Notes: generated by a model not told the origin, from the sequence alone. A stretch of DNA of 64,000 bases from Candidatus Nanoarchaeia archaeon (GCA_041489925.1 JBGPSD010000004.1:25143-89142); one strand, 5' to 3'; shown: positions 35,445 through 43,722, counted from the stretch's first letter. A program made the numbers and translations.

Positions 35445-37097
35445 ATGTCAGCAATAACTGTCAACAAAAAGGAACTTTTGCACCTTGTTGGGAAAAAGCT
35501 GAGTGACAAGGAGATAGAAGACAGGCTTTCAATGATGGGCGCTCCTGTTGATGCTGTCCTTGAGACAGAACTTGAGGTTGATGTTTCTCCAAACAGGCCT
35601 GACTGGCTCAGCGAGCAGGGCTTGGCAAGGTCATTGAGCTCTTTTGTCGGTGCAAGGACAGGGCTGAAGCAGTACAAGGTGGCAAAAGAGCGCTTCCAGG
35701 TTGTTGTTGACAAGGCAGTGCACTCTGTCCGCCCTTACACTGCCTGCGCTGTTGTCAGGGGATTGAAGCTTGATGATGAAAAAATAAGGGAAATAATTCA
35801 GGTGCAGGAAAAACTGCACATGACTTTCTGCAGGAACCGCAAAAAAGCGGCAATTGGCATTTATCCGCTTGAAAAAATCCAGTTTCCAATCACTTACACT
35901 GCGAAAAAGCCCCAGGAAATTGTTTTTATCCCGCTTGAAAGCACCAGGGAAATGAATGCCAGCCAAATGCTTGCCCAGCATCCGACAGGAAGGGCTTATG
36001 CGCACTTGCTTGAAGGCCAGTCAAAGTTCCCTGTTTTTATTGACGGAAAAGGACAGGTGCTCAGCGTTCCTCCGATTATCAATTCGCAGCTTACTGGCAA
36101 GGTTGAGGCATCAACAAAGGATGTTTTCATTGAATGTTCTGGATTTGACCTGCGAATACTGAAGATTTTGCTCAACATCATTGTCACAATGCTTGCTGAC
36201 ATGGGCGGAAGGATTGTTTCTGTTGATGTGAAATATTCAAAGAAGATTACAACTCCTGATTTGTCTCCAAGAAAGATGAAAATCGACATTGACGCAATTA
36301 GCAGCCTTATCGGAATTGAATTGAAAGAAGCTGAGCTCAAGAAACTGCTCGAGAGGATGGGCTTTGGCTACCAGAACAAGCAGGTTTTGATTCCTGCCTG
36401 GCGCGCAGACATAATGCACCTTGTTGACATTGCAGAGGATGTTGCGATTGCATACGGCTACAACAACATAAAGCCTGAAATCCCGCAGGTCGCGACAATC
36501 GGCTCGCTTGACGCATTCAATGATTTCAAGGAAGTTGTTGCCAATTTCCTTGTCGGACTTGGAATGCTTGAGGCGCACACTTATCACATAACAAATGTTC
36601 CTGTGCAGACAAAGGCAATGAACTGCAATGCAGAAGTGATTGAGCTTGCGAATGCGCTCACGCCTGATTTCAATGCATTGCGCGCATGGATGCTTCCTTC
36701 CTTGATGGAAGTGCTTAAGGTCAACAAGATGAAGGATTATCCGCAGAAATTATTCACCATGGGAACTGTGTTCTCCCCAAATCCAAAGACTCCAACACAG
36801 GTTGAGGAAATCACAAAGATGGCAGTTGTTTCTGCGCAGCCAAAGGCAGACTACACTGACATAAGGCAGATTCTTGAGTATCTTTTCAGGGCTCTTGGGC
36901 TTAATGTTTCTTTTGAGGAAACAGAGCATTCAAGCTTTGTTGCGGGCAGGGTTGCTCAGGTAAAGCTTGACAACCACGCGATTGCAACAATCGGAGAAGT
37001 TCATCCGCAGGTCATAACTAACTTCGGATTGGAAATGCCTGTTGCTGCAGCAGAGATAAACCTGACAGAGTTATTCTTCCACCTGAAAAAAGTTTAA
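35445..37097 (+). CDS. pheT: Phenylalanine--tRNA ligase beta subunit
   Basis: 550 aa starting 1 nt after the pheS stop, with the archaeal B3/4-B5 architecture (VSPNRPDWLSEQGLARSL...). Confidence 0.9.
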   Translation: MSAITVNKKELLHLVGKKLSDKEIEDRLSMMGAPVDAVLETELEVDVSPNRPDWLSEQGLARSLSSFVGARTGLKQYKVAKERFQVVVDKAVHSVRPYTACAVVRGLKLDDEKIREIIQVQEKLHMTFCRNRKKAAIGIYPLEKIQFPITYTAKKPQEIVFIPLESTREMNASQMLAQHPTGRAYAHLLEGQSKFPVFIDGKGQVLSVPPIINSQLTGKVEASTKDVFIECSGFDLRILKILLNIIVTMLADMGGRIVSVDVKYSKKITTPDLSPRKMKIDIDAISSLIGIELKEAELKKLLERMGFGYQNKQVLIPAWRADIMHLVDIAEDVAIAYGYNNIKPEIPQVATIGSLDAFNDFKEVVANFLVGLGMLEAHTYHITNVPVQTKAMNCNAEVIELANALTPDFNALRAWMLPSLMEVLKVNKMKDYPQKLFTMGTVFSPNPKTPTQVEEITKMAVVSAQPKADYTDIRQILEYLFRALGLNVSFEETEHSSFVAGRVAQVKLDNHAIATIGEVHPQVITNFGLEMPVAAAEINLTELFFHLKKV

Positions 37098-37098
37098 C

Positions 37099-37140
37099 TT
37101 TTTTCAGACCAGCTGACTTCAGTCAGCGCTGCACGAAAAA
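37099..37140. terminator. Bidirectional terminator region: T6, hairpin gctgac-ttca-gtcagc, A5
   Basis: It lies between convergent pheT and rpl14e. T-run 37099-37104, 6-bp stem 37112-37127, and A-run 37136-37140 (a T-run on the minus strand). Confidence 0.45.
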
Positions 37141-37153
37141 GGTTTAATCCTTC

Positions 37154-37633
37154 TTACGCGAGCTTCTTTTGCACTGCAGGCTTTGGCGCAGCTGGTTTTG
37201 CCGCTGGCTTATTTTCTGCCGGTGCTTTTACTGCAGCAGTATTTGCGGGTGCTGCGGCTGGTGCCTTAGGAGCTGCTGCGTTGGCAGGAGCCTTTGCAGC
37301 CGCTGGCTTTGCCGCTGCTTTTGGAGCTGCAGTTTTTCCTGCGAGCTTGCTCTTTCTTGCCTTTCTCGGGCGAGCTGCCTTCTTTGGCTTTGTCTTTGGT
37401 GCAAATACGCCGTAGCCTGCCGTCTCAAATGCCTTTGCGACCTGCTCGTGGCTTGCCCCTTTTTTTATGTCAAGAACCTTGTCAAGCGGCTCGATGTGGA
37501 GTATGTTGCACTTTCTCCTCCTTGTCTCGCCGTCTATGAGCACGAAATTGTCATCAATAATATCAACTACAACGCATTTCAGCCCTGCGTCTCTTCCTGC
37601 TATTTTCACGCACAATCTTCCGATGTCAATCAT
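37154..37633 (-). CDS. rpl14e: Ribosomal protein L14e with a long Ala/Lys/Pro-rich C-terminal extension
   Basis: KOW-like N-terminus MIDIGRLCVKIAGRDAGLKCVVV... followed by ~75 aa of KPKKAARPRKARKSKLAGKTAAPKAAAKPAAAKAPANAAAPKAP... Confidence 0.85.
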   Translation of the reverse strand: MIDIGRLCVKIAGRDAGLKCVVVDIIDDNFVLIDGETRRRKCNILHIEPLDKVLDIKKGASHEQVAKAFETAGYGVFAPKTKPKKAARPRKARKSKLAGKTAAPKAAAKPAAAKAPANAAAPKAPAAAPANTAAVKAPAENKPAAKPAAPKPAVQKKLA

Positions 37634-37683
37634 TTTGTTCCTCCGCTCTCCTCAAGGGAATTCGTCACCGAGATTCCAAGAGC

Positions 37684-37950
37684 TTACATTCTTGCTTGTT
37701 CGATTATTTTGCGGCGCATGCATTGAGAACACAGCACGCCGCCATAAGGCCTTTCAGGCCTCTTCTGGCTTTTGGGCATTGAGTGCAAAGCGCGCGGAAT
37801 AACAGCCTTTGAACCGTGCAGCACAGAGCCGCAGCTGGCGCAGTGTGGCCTGCTTTTCTTGCGCACCTTGTAGTGTATGACGTTCCTTCCGCCAGGTGTG
37901 CGTACGAATACGCGCCTGAACGTCCTTGAACGCTTCTTGCCTTCAACCAT
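37684..37950 (-). CDS. rpl34e: Ribosomal protein L34e
   Basis: 88 aa with RTFRRVFVRTPGGR and zinc-ribbon cysteines CASCG...CSQC. Confidence 0.9.
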   Translation of the reverse strand: MVEGKKRSRTFRRVFVRTPGGRNVIHYKVRKKSRPHCASCGSVLHGSKAVIPRALHSMPKSQKRPERPYGGVLCSQCMRRKIIEQARM

Positions 37951-38026
37951 AAGCTGGAACTTCCAGAGGGGTATTTAAAAAGGTTTCGGAGTATATTTAA
38001 TAGGTCTGGTGCGTCCTGGGTTTTCT

Positions 38027-38866
38027 ATGGTTGTACTTGTGAGGTATGCTGAAATCGGGATAAAGGGCAAAAACCGTGATAAGTTTGAGCACGCCCTTGT
38101 CGCATGCATAGAGCGCAGCCTGCGCAAGCATGATGTGAAATTCTCAAAAGTCCGCAGGATGTACGGCAGGATTTGCATCGAGACAGATGACCCCTGCCCG
38201 TGCCTGAAGCGCGTTTTCGGAATTGCCTCTTTCTCATTCGCAATTCCAACTGGCAAAACCATTGAGGATGCATTTGCAGCATCAAAGCAGCTTGTCGCAA
38301 AGCTGTCTGAAAACGATTCTTTCCGTGTTTCCTGTCAGCGGCTTGACAAAAAATTCGCACTTAAGTCACAGGAGGTCTGTTCCAAGCTGGGTGAAATGCT
38401 AAGGGCTGTGACAAAGGCAAAAGTAAAAATGGAAAAGCCGACGGTTGATGTCGCCCTTGAAATAATTGAGGGCACAATTTATCTGCTCACCGGCAGGACA
38501 GAAGGCCCTGGCGGAATGCCCATCGGCTCTGAAGGCAAAGTCATTGCGCTTATCGAGGATGATTCTTCAGTCCTTGCAGCCCTGCTGATTATGAAGCGCG
38601 GCTGTGAAATTATTCCTGCAATGCTCAAGGAAACTGATTTGTCCCTGCTGAAAGAGTTTGCCTGCGGCCAGGAGATAAAGCCATGGCACATAAGCGCAAT
38701 TAATGAGATTGATGAAATCGCTGAAAAGCGCAAGGCATTGGCAGTTGTGATTAATGACACGTTTGAAAAAATACGCAGCATTGACCTGAAGTTGCTTGTG
38801 CTCAGGCCGCTTTCAGGATTAACAGGAGATGAAATTGCAAATGAGAGAAATGCAATGCAGTGTTGA
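38027..38866 (+). CDS. ThiI-like THUMP-domain protein with a degenerate PP-loop
   Basis: ATG at 38027. The N-terminus (VVLVRYAEIGIKGKNR) matches the ThiI ferredoxin-like/THUMP region. Where ThiI has LLSGGIDSPVAA..MKRG, this protein reads LIEDDSSVLAALLIMKRG. The RPLSGLTGDEI motif is retained. It is only ~280 aa. Confidence 0.65.
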   Translation: MVVLVRYAEIGIKGKNRDKFEHALVACIERSLRKHDVKFSKVRRMYGRICIETDDPCPCLKRVFGIASFSFAIPTGKTIEDAFAASKQLVAKLSENDSFRVSCQRLDKKFALKSQEVCSKLGEMLRAVTKAKVKMEKPTVDVALEIIEGTIYLLTGRTEGPGGMPIGSEGKVIALIEDDSSVLAALLIMKRGCEIIPAMLKETDLSLLKEFACGQEIKPWHISAINEIDEIAEKRKALAVVINDTFEKIRSIDLKLLVLRPLSGLTGDEIANERNAMQC

Positions 38867-39758
38867 AGCGCCTGAAAAGGCTGCCTGGGCAGGGGATGAC
38901 GTGCGATTTGTTGATAATTTTGAGAAAAAAGTCAGCAAGACCATAACGCAGTACAGGCTCCTGTCAAAAAATGAGAAAATAATTGTTGCAGTCAGCGGCG
39001 GAAAAGACAGCACTGCAATCCTGCACATCCTGAAAAAGCTCAGCTATCCTGTTGAGGCAGTAACTGTTGACGCCCACATCGGCTGTTACACAGAGGAGAA
39101 CCTGAAAAATCTTCGGGCGACGTGCAAACAGCTCAATGTGAAGCTGCACGAGGTGCCTTTCAGGAAAGTTTTTGGCGCCTCATTGTGCTACATCAGGGAT
39201 TATTTGAAGGAAAAAGGCCACAATTTCAAGTCCTGCACTGTCTGCGGCGTCCTGAGGCGGTATTTGCTGAACAAAAAGGCAAAAGAACTCAGGGCAGACA
39301 AGCTTGTCCTCGGCCACAATCTTGATGATGAAGCCCAGTCTGTGCTGATGAACTTGTTAAAGAACCGCCCGGAGCTAAACGCGAGGCTTGGGCCAAAGGT
39401 TGACAGTGTCAAGGATAGGAAATTTGTGCCGCGGGTAAAGCCTTTTTACAATATCCGCGAGGACGAGATTGTCCGTTACTCAAGGCTTATGGAGTTTCCT
39501 GTCAAGTACACGCGGTGCCCGTGCTCTGTTGAGGGCTTCAGGAGCGCTGTGAGGAATTTCCTGACTGATTTTGAGCAGGTTCAGCCGGGAATCAAGGAGA
39601 ATGTTGTCAAAAGATTTCTTGCACAGAGGGAAAAACTGCAGAAGCGCTATGCAAAAGGAAAGCATGCATTTTGCGTCCAATGCGGGGAATTCTCAAGCGG
39701 AAATGTCTGCAAGGCGTGCACTTTACTCGGGCTGCTGCACAAGCCTTTGAAGTCCTAG
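38829..39758 (+). CDS. TtuA/Ncs6-family PP-loop ATPase (tRNA 2-thiolation type)
   Basis: PP-loop AVSGGKDS, the CTVCG and GHNLDDEAQ motifs and a C-terminal CVQCG...CKAC zinc finger. It overlaps the ThiI-like gene by up to 38 nt. Confidence 0.75.
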   Translation: MKLQMREMQCSVEAPEKAAWAGDDVRFVDNFEKKVSKTITQYRLLSKNEKIIVAVSGGKDSTAILHILKKLSYPVEAVTVDAHIGCYTEENLKNLRATCKQLNVKLHEVPFRKVFGASLCYIRDYLKEKGHNFKSCTVCGVLRRYLLNKKAKELRADKLVLGHNLDDEAQSVLMNLLKNRPELNARLGPKVDSVKDRKFVPRVKPFYNIREDEIVRYSRLMEFPVKYTRCPCSVEGFRSAVRNFLTDFEQVQPGIKENVVKRFLAQREKLQKRYAKGKHAFCVQCGEFSSGNVCKACTLLGLLHKPLKS

Positions 39759-40433
39759 AAGCTCAGCGCGGGTTAGTTCCCTGTACCCTCCTGATGGCAA
39801 ATCCCTGAGGGAAATGTTTGCAATCTGGGTCCTCTTCAAACGCGCGACAGTGTAGCCGAGCTTTTTGAAAATAATCTTGACAATGTGCTTCATTCCCTCG
39901 TGCAGCGCAATCTCAATGTGTGACGGCGTGTGCAAAACCACTTTGTCAGTTATCACCAGGTGCCTTCCCAAGCGTATTCCCTTTTTCAGCCTGCGCACGT
40001 CCTTGCGGTCAATCTCCCCTGTCAATGTGATGTGATAAGTTTTTTCTGTCTCATACCGCGGGTGCATAAGCCTGTTCGCGAGCTCGCCGTCATTTGTCAT
40101 CAGGATTAACCCTTCTGCATCGCGGTCAAGCCTTCCGACAGGATACACGCGCGCGCCAGGCGGCACAAGCTGCATCACAGTTGGCCTTCCCTCAGGGTCA
40201 GAAACAGTGCTAACGACTCCGCGTGGCTTGTTGATGACAAAATATTTTTTTACCTCAGGCTTCCTGATTCTCGCGCCATCTACGCGTATATCGTCAAGCT
40301 CTATGTCTGCCTGGTCGCCCAGCTTGATAGTCTTGCCATTGACAATGACCTTTCCTGCAGCGATAATCTCCTCGCATTTTCTTCGCGAGGCAATCCCTGC
40401 CCTTGCCATTATTTTCTGCAATCTTTCTCGCAT
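39723..40433 (-). CDS. RsuA/RluB-family pseudouridine synthase with an S4 domain
   Basis: ATG at 40433 (MRERLQKIMARAGIASRRKCEEIIAAGKVIVNGK = S4 domain). The catalytic motif is VYPVGRLDRDAEGLILMTNDGELANRL. Confidence 0.85.
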   Translation of the reverse strand: MRERLQKIMARAGIASRRKCEEIIAAGKVIVNGKTIKLGDQADIELDDIRVDGARIRKPEVKKYFVINKPRGVVSTVSDPEGRPTVMQLVPPGARVYPVGRLDRDAEGLILMTNDGELANRLMHPRYETEKTYHITLTGEIDRKDVRRLKKGIRLGRHLVITDKVVLHTPSHIEIALHEGMKHIVKIIFKKLGYTVARLKRTQIANISLRDLPSGGYRELTRAELLGLQRLVQQPE

Positions 40434-40455
40434 AAGTGCTGATTTAATGCGAATG

Positions 40456-40464
40456 TTTATATAA
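40456..40464. promoter_or_regulatory. Single TATA box (tttatataa) equidistant from two divergent start codons
   Basis: The centre at ~40460 is 27 nt from the minus-strand ATG at 40433 and 27 nt from the plus-strand ATG at 40487. Confidence 0.5.
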
Positions 40465-40486
40465 TTATGGTCGGTAAACAAAATTC

Positions 40487-41074
40487 ATGATTGACATTGT
40501 GTTTCCTGAGAAAAACGAGCAGGAATTTTTTGAAATGGCAAAAAAGCTCGGCTACAAGGGGCTTGTGCTTGTTTATCCCTCGCCTGCTGCTGCGAAAAGC
40601 GCTCCCAAGGCGCCGGCAGGGCTGAGTGTCAGGACTGCTGTTCTTGCTGAGCCAAAAAAGGCATTTCAGCTGAGAAGCCAGGGCATCCTGACTTTTGTGC
40701 AGTGCTCTGACCAGGATAGGGCAGTGCTTGAGCGCGGCTCTGCAGATGTGATTTTCGGAGCAGAAAGCACAATGCCAAAGGATTACATGCACCAGCGCGG
40801 CTCAGGATTAAACCATGTGATGTGTGAGCTCGCTAAAAAGAACAAGGTAGCGATTGGATTCAGCTTTGCAGGCATACTCGCGTCAAGCCAGCGCTCGCAA
40901 TTGCTCGGCAGGATATCGCAGAACATAATGCTGTGCAGGAAATACAAAGTCAGTACAGTCATCGCTTCATTTGCAAAAGACCCGTGGAAAATGCGCTCTC
41001 CGCACGACTTGCAGGCATTCTTTACTGTGCTTGGAATGCATCCTTCTGAGGCAAAAAGCGCATTAAAATTCTAG
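40487..41074 (+). CDS. rnp3: RNase P protein component 3 (Rpp30 homolog)
   Basis: 195 aa. The MIDIVFPEK.. start and TIM-barrel-like alternating pattern (DVIFGAE, LNHVMCELAKKNKVAIGFSF, VIASFAKDPWKMRSPHDL) resemble archaeal Rpp30. Recognised from memory. Confidence 0.65.
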   Translation: MIDIVFPEKNEQEFFEMAKKLGYKGLVLVYPSPAAAKSAPKAPAGLSVRTAVLAEPKKAFQLRSQGILTFVQCSDQDRAVLERGSADVIFGAESTMPKDYMHQRGSGLNHVMCELAKKNKVAIGFSFAGILASSQRSQLLGRISQNIMLCRKYKVSTVIASFAKDPWKMRSPHDLQAFFTVLGMHPSEAKSALKF

Positions 41075-41457
41075 CTTGAGGTTTCAAGAACCGCAGCCAC
41101 TTCGCCAATTCCTGACTGCCTTGCGCACTCACCGGGGTTTTCTGAATTTATGCATTCAGCAATCGCCTTGCACTCAGGAAGCTCTGGCTGTTCACTGCAG
41201 GCGATTGGCTCTTCCCTGGGCCCTGTTACTGATTCAACACATTTCTTCAAATCTTCTATGCCTTTTTCGCCAGGCGCCATATTTTCCTGGCATTTCAGGA
41301 GCCGTTTTTCTTCCCGTATGCACGCACTTTTGTCAGGGGTGTTTTCACATTCCTTGATTCTGGCTTCGTCAAGCTTTGGCTGGCTTTGCCAATATAGAAT
41401 TGCTACTGCAACAACCACCACAAGAATGATTACCGCGATTAAAATGCCTCTTTTCAT
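41071..41457 (-). CDS. Membrane-anchored small Cys-rich protein (8 Cys)
   Basis: MKRGILIAVIILVVVVAVAILYW anchor followed by a charged domain with spaced cysteines. TATA (41481-41486) lies about 26 nt upstream. Confidence 0.6.
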   Translation of the reverse strand: MKRGILIAVIILVVVVAVAILYWQSQPKLDEARIKECENTPDKSACIREEKRLLKCQENMAPGEKGIEDLKKCVESVTGPREEPIACSEQPELPECKAIAECINSENPGECARQSGIGEVAAVLETSS

Positions 41458-41500
41458 GGCTTAAAAAAACGCCCTTTGGTTTATAAGCCTTTTCATCATG

Positions 41501-41548
41501 TCGGAAACCGCTTGTTAAGAATTTTAGAGGATACTAAGCGGTTTCCGA
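41501..41548. promoter_or_regulatory. Perfect 13-bp inverted repeat tcggaaaccgctt-N22-aagcggtttccga in the divergent promoter region
   Basis: Read directly; arms at 41501-41513 and 41536-41548. A second 7-bp inverted repeat caagaac-aaggg-gttcttg is at 41556-41574. Both lie upstream of TATA tttaaata at 41583-41590. Confidence 0.5.
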
Positions 41549-41582
41549 GCATGCTCAAGAACAAGGGGTTCTTGACATAAAG

Positions 41583-41590
41583 TTTAAATA
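41583..41590 (+). promoter_or_regulatory. TATA box of the large surface-protein cluster (leaderless first gene)
   Basis: tttaaata is centred 27 nt upstream of the ATG at 41614. Confidence 0.5.
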
Positions 41591-41613
41591 CTCTCGTCTG
41601 TAAAATCCTCTGC

Positions 41614-43551
41614 ATGGGAAAAAAGAGGTTGTTGGCGCTAATTACATTTCTGGCTCTCCTAGGCGCATCTGCAGCAGCAGGCGCTACTGTTGCAGGATAT
41701 GCTGAAGAATACATTTATACAAACCCCGGATGCATCCCTTTTTGTTTTGGAAATAACAAAACATACGACCTTGGCGGAACATTCCAGATTTTTGAAGCGA
41801 CAAAAGTGGGTGGCCACTATAACCATGAGGCAGAGTGGTTTGACGGCGGACTTGCGCTCTTTGCTGACAATGTCCAAACAGCGACCTGGTCATTTTTGGG
41901 AGCTGCAAACAGCGCTCTGCAGACATATTACCATGATTTTAACGGCGCATATGCAGACCGCGTTGTTGCCTGCGGCTGCAGTTATGACTACCACCAGGGT
42001 ACCCACCCTTTTTCAATACGATTCAACAGGAATACCTTTGTCAGAAGGACAAATGTATTAGACGACCCAGACGAGCCGCTCGGTGAGGCTGGAAGCTTCT
42101 TTACTAAGTTTTCAAACCTGACCAATGATTCAGGATGGAGGATAAGAGTGGATGCTGTCCGCCCAGGCTCAATGGTTTGGCTTGGCGATGAGGAAAGCTA
42201 CACCACGCATGAAACCTCTGATGTGACTGCTAAAGTGTATGGCTGCGCAGACACAAACCAAAACCAAATCTGCGATGTTAGAGAGCCGAGCTTCATGTTA
42301 TGCAATGATGTGGGCGGCGACTGGTACAATGACTGGTGTTGCGGAACAAACTTCACAGAAGGATTTGTGAAATCAGTGCCGAATCTGACAACCCAGGTGT
42401 GCGCTCAATATGCATATCTTGGTAGCGCGTGTGTGCGTTGGATGACTGTTGTCGGTAACAAGAGCATTAATGCCATTTGCGGAAAGACTTCTGAAGGAAA
42501 ATGGAAGTGGGCTCCGCTTGATGAGTCTGGTGAGGTTTTTGACCTGCTCGGCTGGCCAAATGCGTCTGTTGTTTCTGATGGAACAAATCTTTACAGCTGC
42601 GGAAACCAGATTGAAAACTATACCGTGCCTGATGATGTTTACGGAGTGTGCGTTAAAACAGAGAGGCAAAGAGTGTGCACGCCTTCGTGGTTTGGTCAGT
42701 CATGTTCTTATCAGGATGTTTGCGTGAAAAAAGAGTACTTGTGGAGAAGCACAGTGCTTATCAACAGCCCTGCAACAACCCTGTTTGGGCAATTCATCAG
42801 TGTCGCTGTCGGCAATGCAAGGCATATGTATTCCTGCAAGGATAAGGTTGTTTACGAATGCTCTGGCAAGACAGGGTCTTTCTCAACAAACAATGGCGCT
42901 GAGATGGGCACAACAAACCCGAGCTTTACTAATGAAACATTTTACTGCGCATCTGACGGTGACTGGACAAAAGACCTTGACATAAAGGACAATGAGAGCT
43001 GCGAGGCAGCAGGATTTTCATGGACAGGCTCGCGCTGCTGCAGCGAGGCAGATGACCCTGCAGAATACTACAATGACCCCAAGTTCCCAAATGCAACAGG
43101 CGGCTGCTGGAACAAGATGTATGTCAGGTCAGGCGATTACGCAGTTACTGACAGGATTCTCAACTACAATGGCAAATTCTTCGGCTGCAGACTCAGCCTG
43201 ATAAATGATGCAATCCTGCTTAATCTCAAGGATTACCACGTGGATAACCTGCTTATTGACAACAGCATAACCCCCTGCGGCATGGTGCTTATGGATGCCC
43301 AGCCAGGGGGAATGCCCCACGCAAAGTGCCAGCCAAATGGCCAGTGGATGTTTACTGACGAGCCTGGCGGAGTAATCAATAAGAGCATAAAGTGGGCAGG
43401 CCTTGTCGGATCGGGAATAGCATTGTCAGGCTGTTGCGCTCCAGACCAGTGCTGGAATGGCACAAAATGCCAGAAGCTCGGTACTTATTACAGGCTTGGC
43501 GAAGAGGGTTTCATTTGCAAGATGCTGCCGTCAACTTCAATGCCGCCATAA
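41614..43551 (+). CDS. Large secreted Cys/Trp-rich protein (645 aa to the first stop) of unknown family
   Basis: Sec signal peptide MGKKRLLALITFLALLGASAAAG. It has more than 40 Cys and many N-x-S/T sequons. The reading frame stays open and motif-bearing for 56 codons past the TAA at 43549-43551. Confidence 0.7.
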   Translation: MGKKRLLALITFLALLGASAAAGATVAGYAEEYIYTNPGCIPFCFGNNKTYDLGGTFQIFEATKVGGHYNHEAEWFDGGLALFADNVQTATWSFLGAANSALQTYYHDFNGAYADRVVACGCSYDYHQGTHPFSIRFNRNTFVRRTNVLDDPDEPLGEAGSFFTKFSNLTNDSGWRIRVDAVRPGSMVWLGDEESYTTHETSDVTAKVYGCADTNQNQICDVREPSFMLCNDVGGDWYNDWCCGTNFTEGFVKSVPNLTTQVCAQYAYLGSACVRWMTVVGNKSINAICGKTSEGKWKWAPLDESGEVFDLLGWPNASVVSDGTNLYSCGNQIENYTVPDDVYGVCVKTERQRVCTPSWFGQSCSYQDVCVKKEYLWRSTVLINSPATTLFGQFISVAVGNARHMYSCKDKVVYECSGKTGSFSTNNGAEMGTTNPSFTNETFYCASDGDWTKDLDIKDNESCEAAGFSWTGSRCCSEADDPAEYYNDPKFPNATGGCWNKMYVRSGDYAVTDRILNYNGKFFGCRLSLINDAILLNLKDYHVDNLLIDNSITPCGMVLMDAQPGGMPHAKCQPNGQWMFTDEPGGVINKSIKWAGLVGSGIALSGCCAPDQCWNGTKCQKLGTYYRLGEEGFICKMLPSTSMPP

Positions 43552-43722
43552 GAACAGCCGCCATCAGAACAATGTCAGCAGAACCACGACTGCCCTGCAG
43601 GGCAATACTGCACAAATCACGAGTGCGTCAGTGGCCCGCTTCCAGATACCTGCGCTAACAATAATGCGTGTCCTTCAGGATATCACTGCCAACAACACGA
43701 ATGTGTTGAAGAGCCAGTATAA
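43552..43722 (+). other. In-frame open extension after the TAA stop, encoding two Cys-motif repeats (possible readthrough, recent nonsense mutation or assembly variant)
   Basis: Translation is EQPPSEQCQQNHDCPAGQYCTNHECVSGPLPDTCANNNACPSGYHCQQHECVEEPV then TAA. It contains no ATG/GTG/TTG start. It ends 9 nt before the next gene's start, matching the tight spacing of the rest of the cluster. Confidence 0.5.

Noticed and set aside
37169-37802. Cys-rich 185-aa and other plus-strand ORFs opposite the L14e gene
   Set aside because: They are an artefact of the GCN/AAG repeat DNA that encodes the Ala/Lys/Pro tail of L14e on the other strand.
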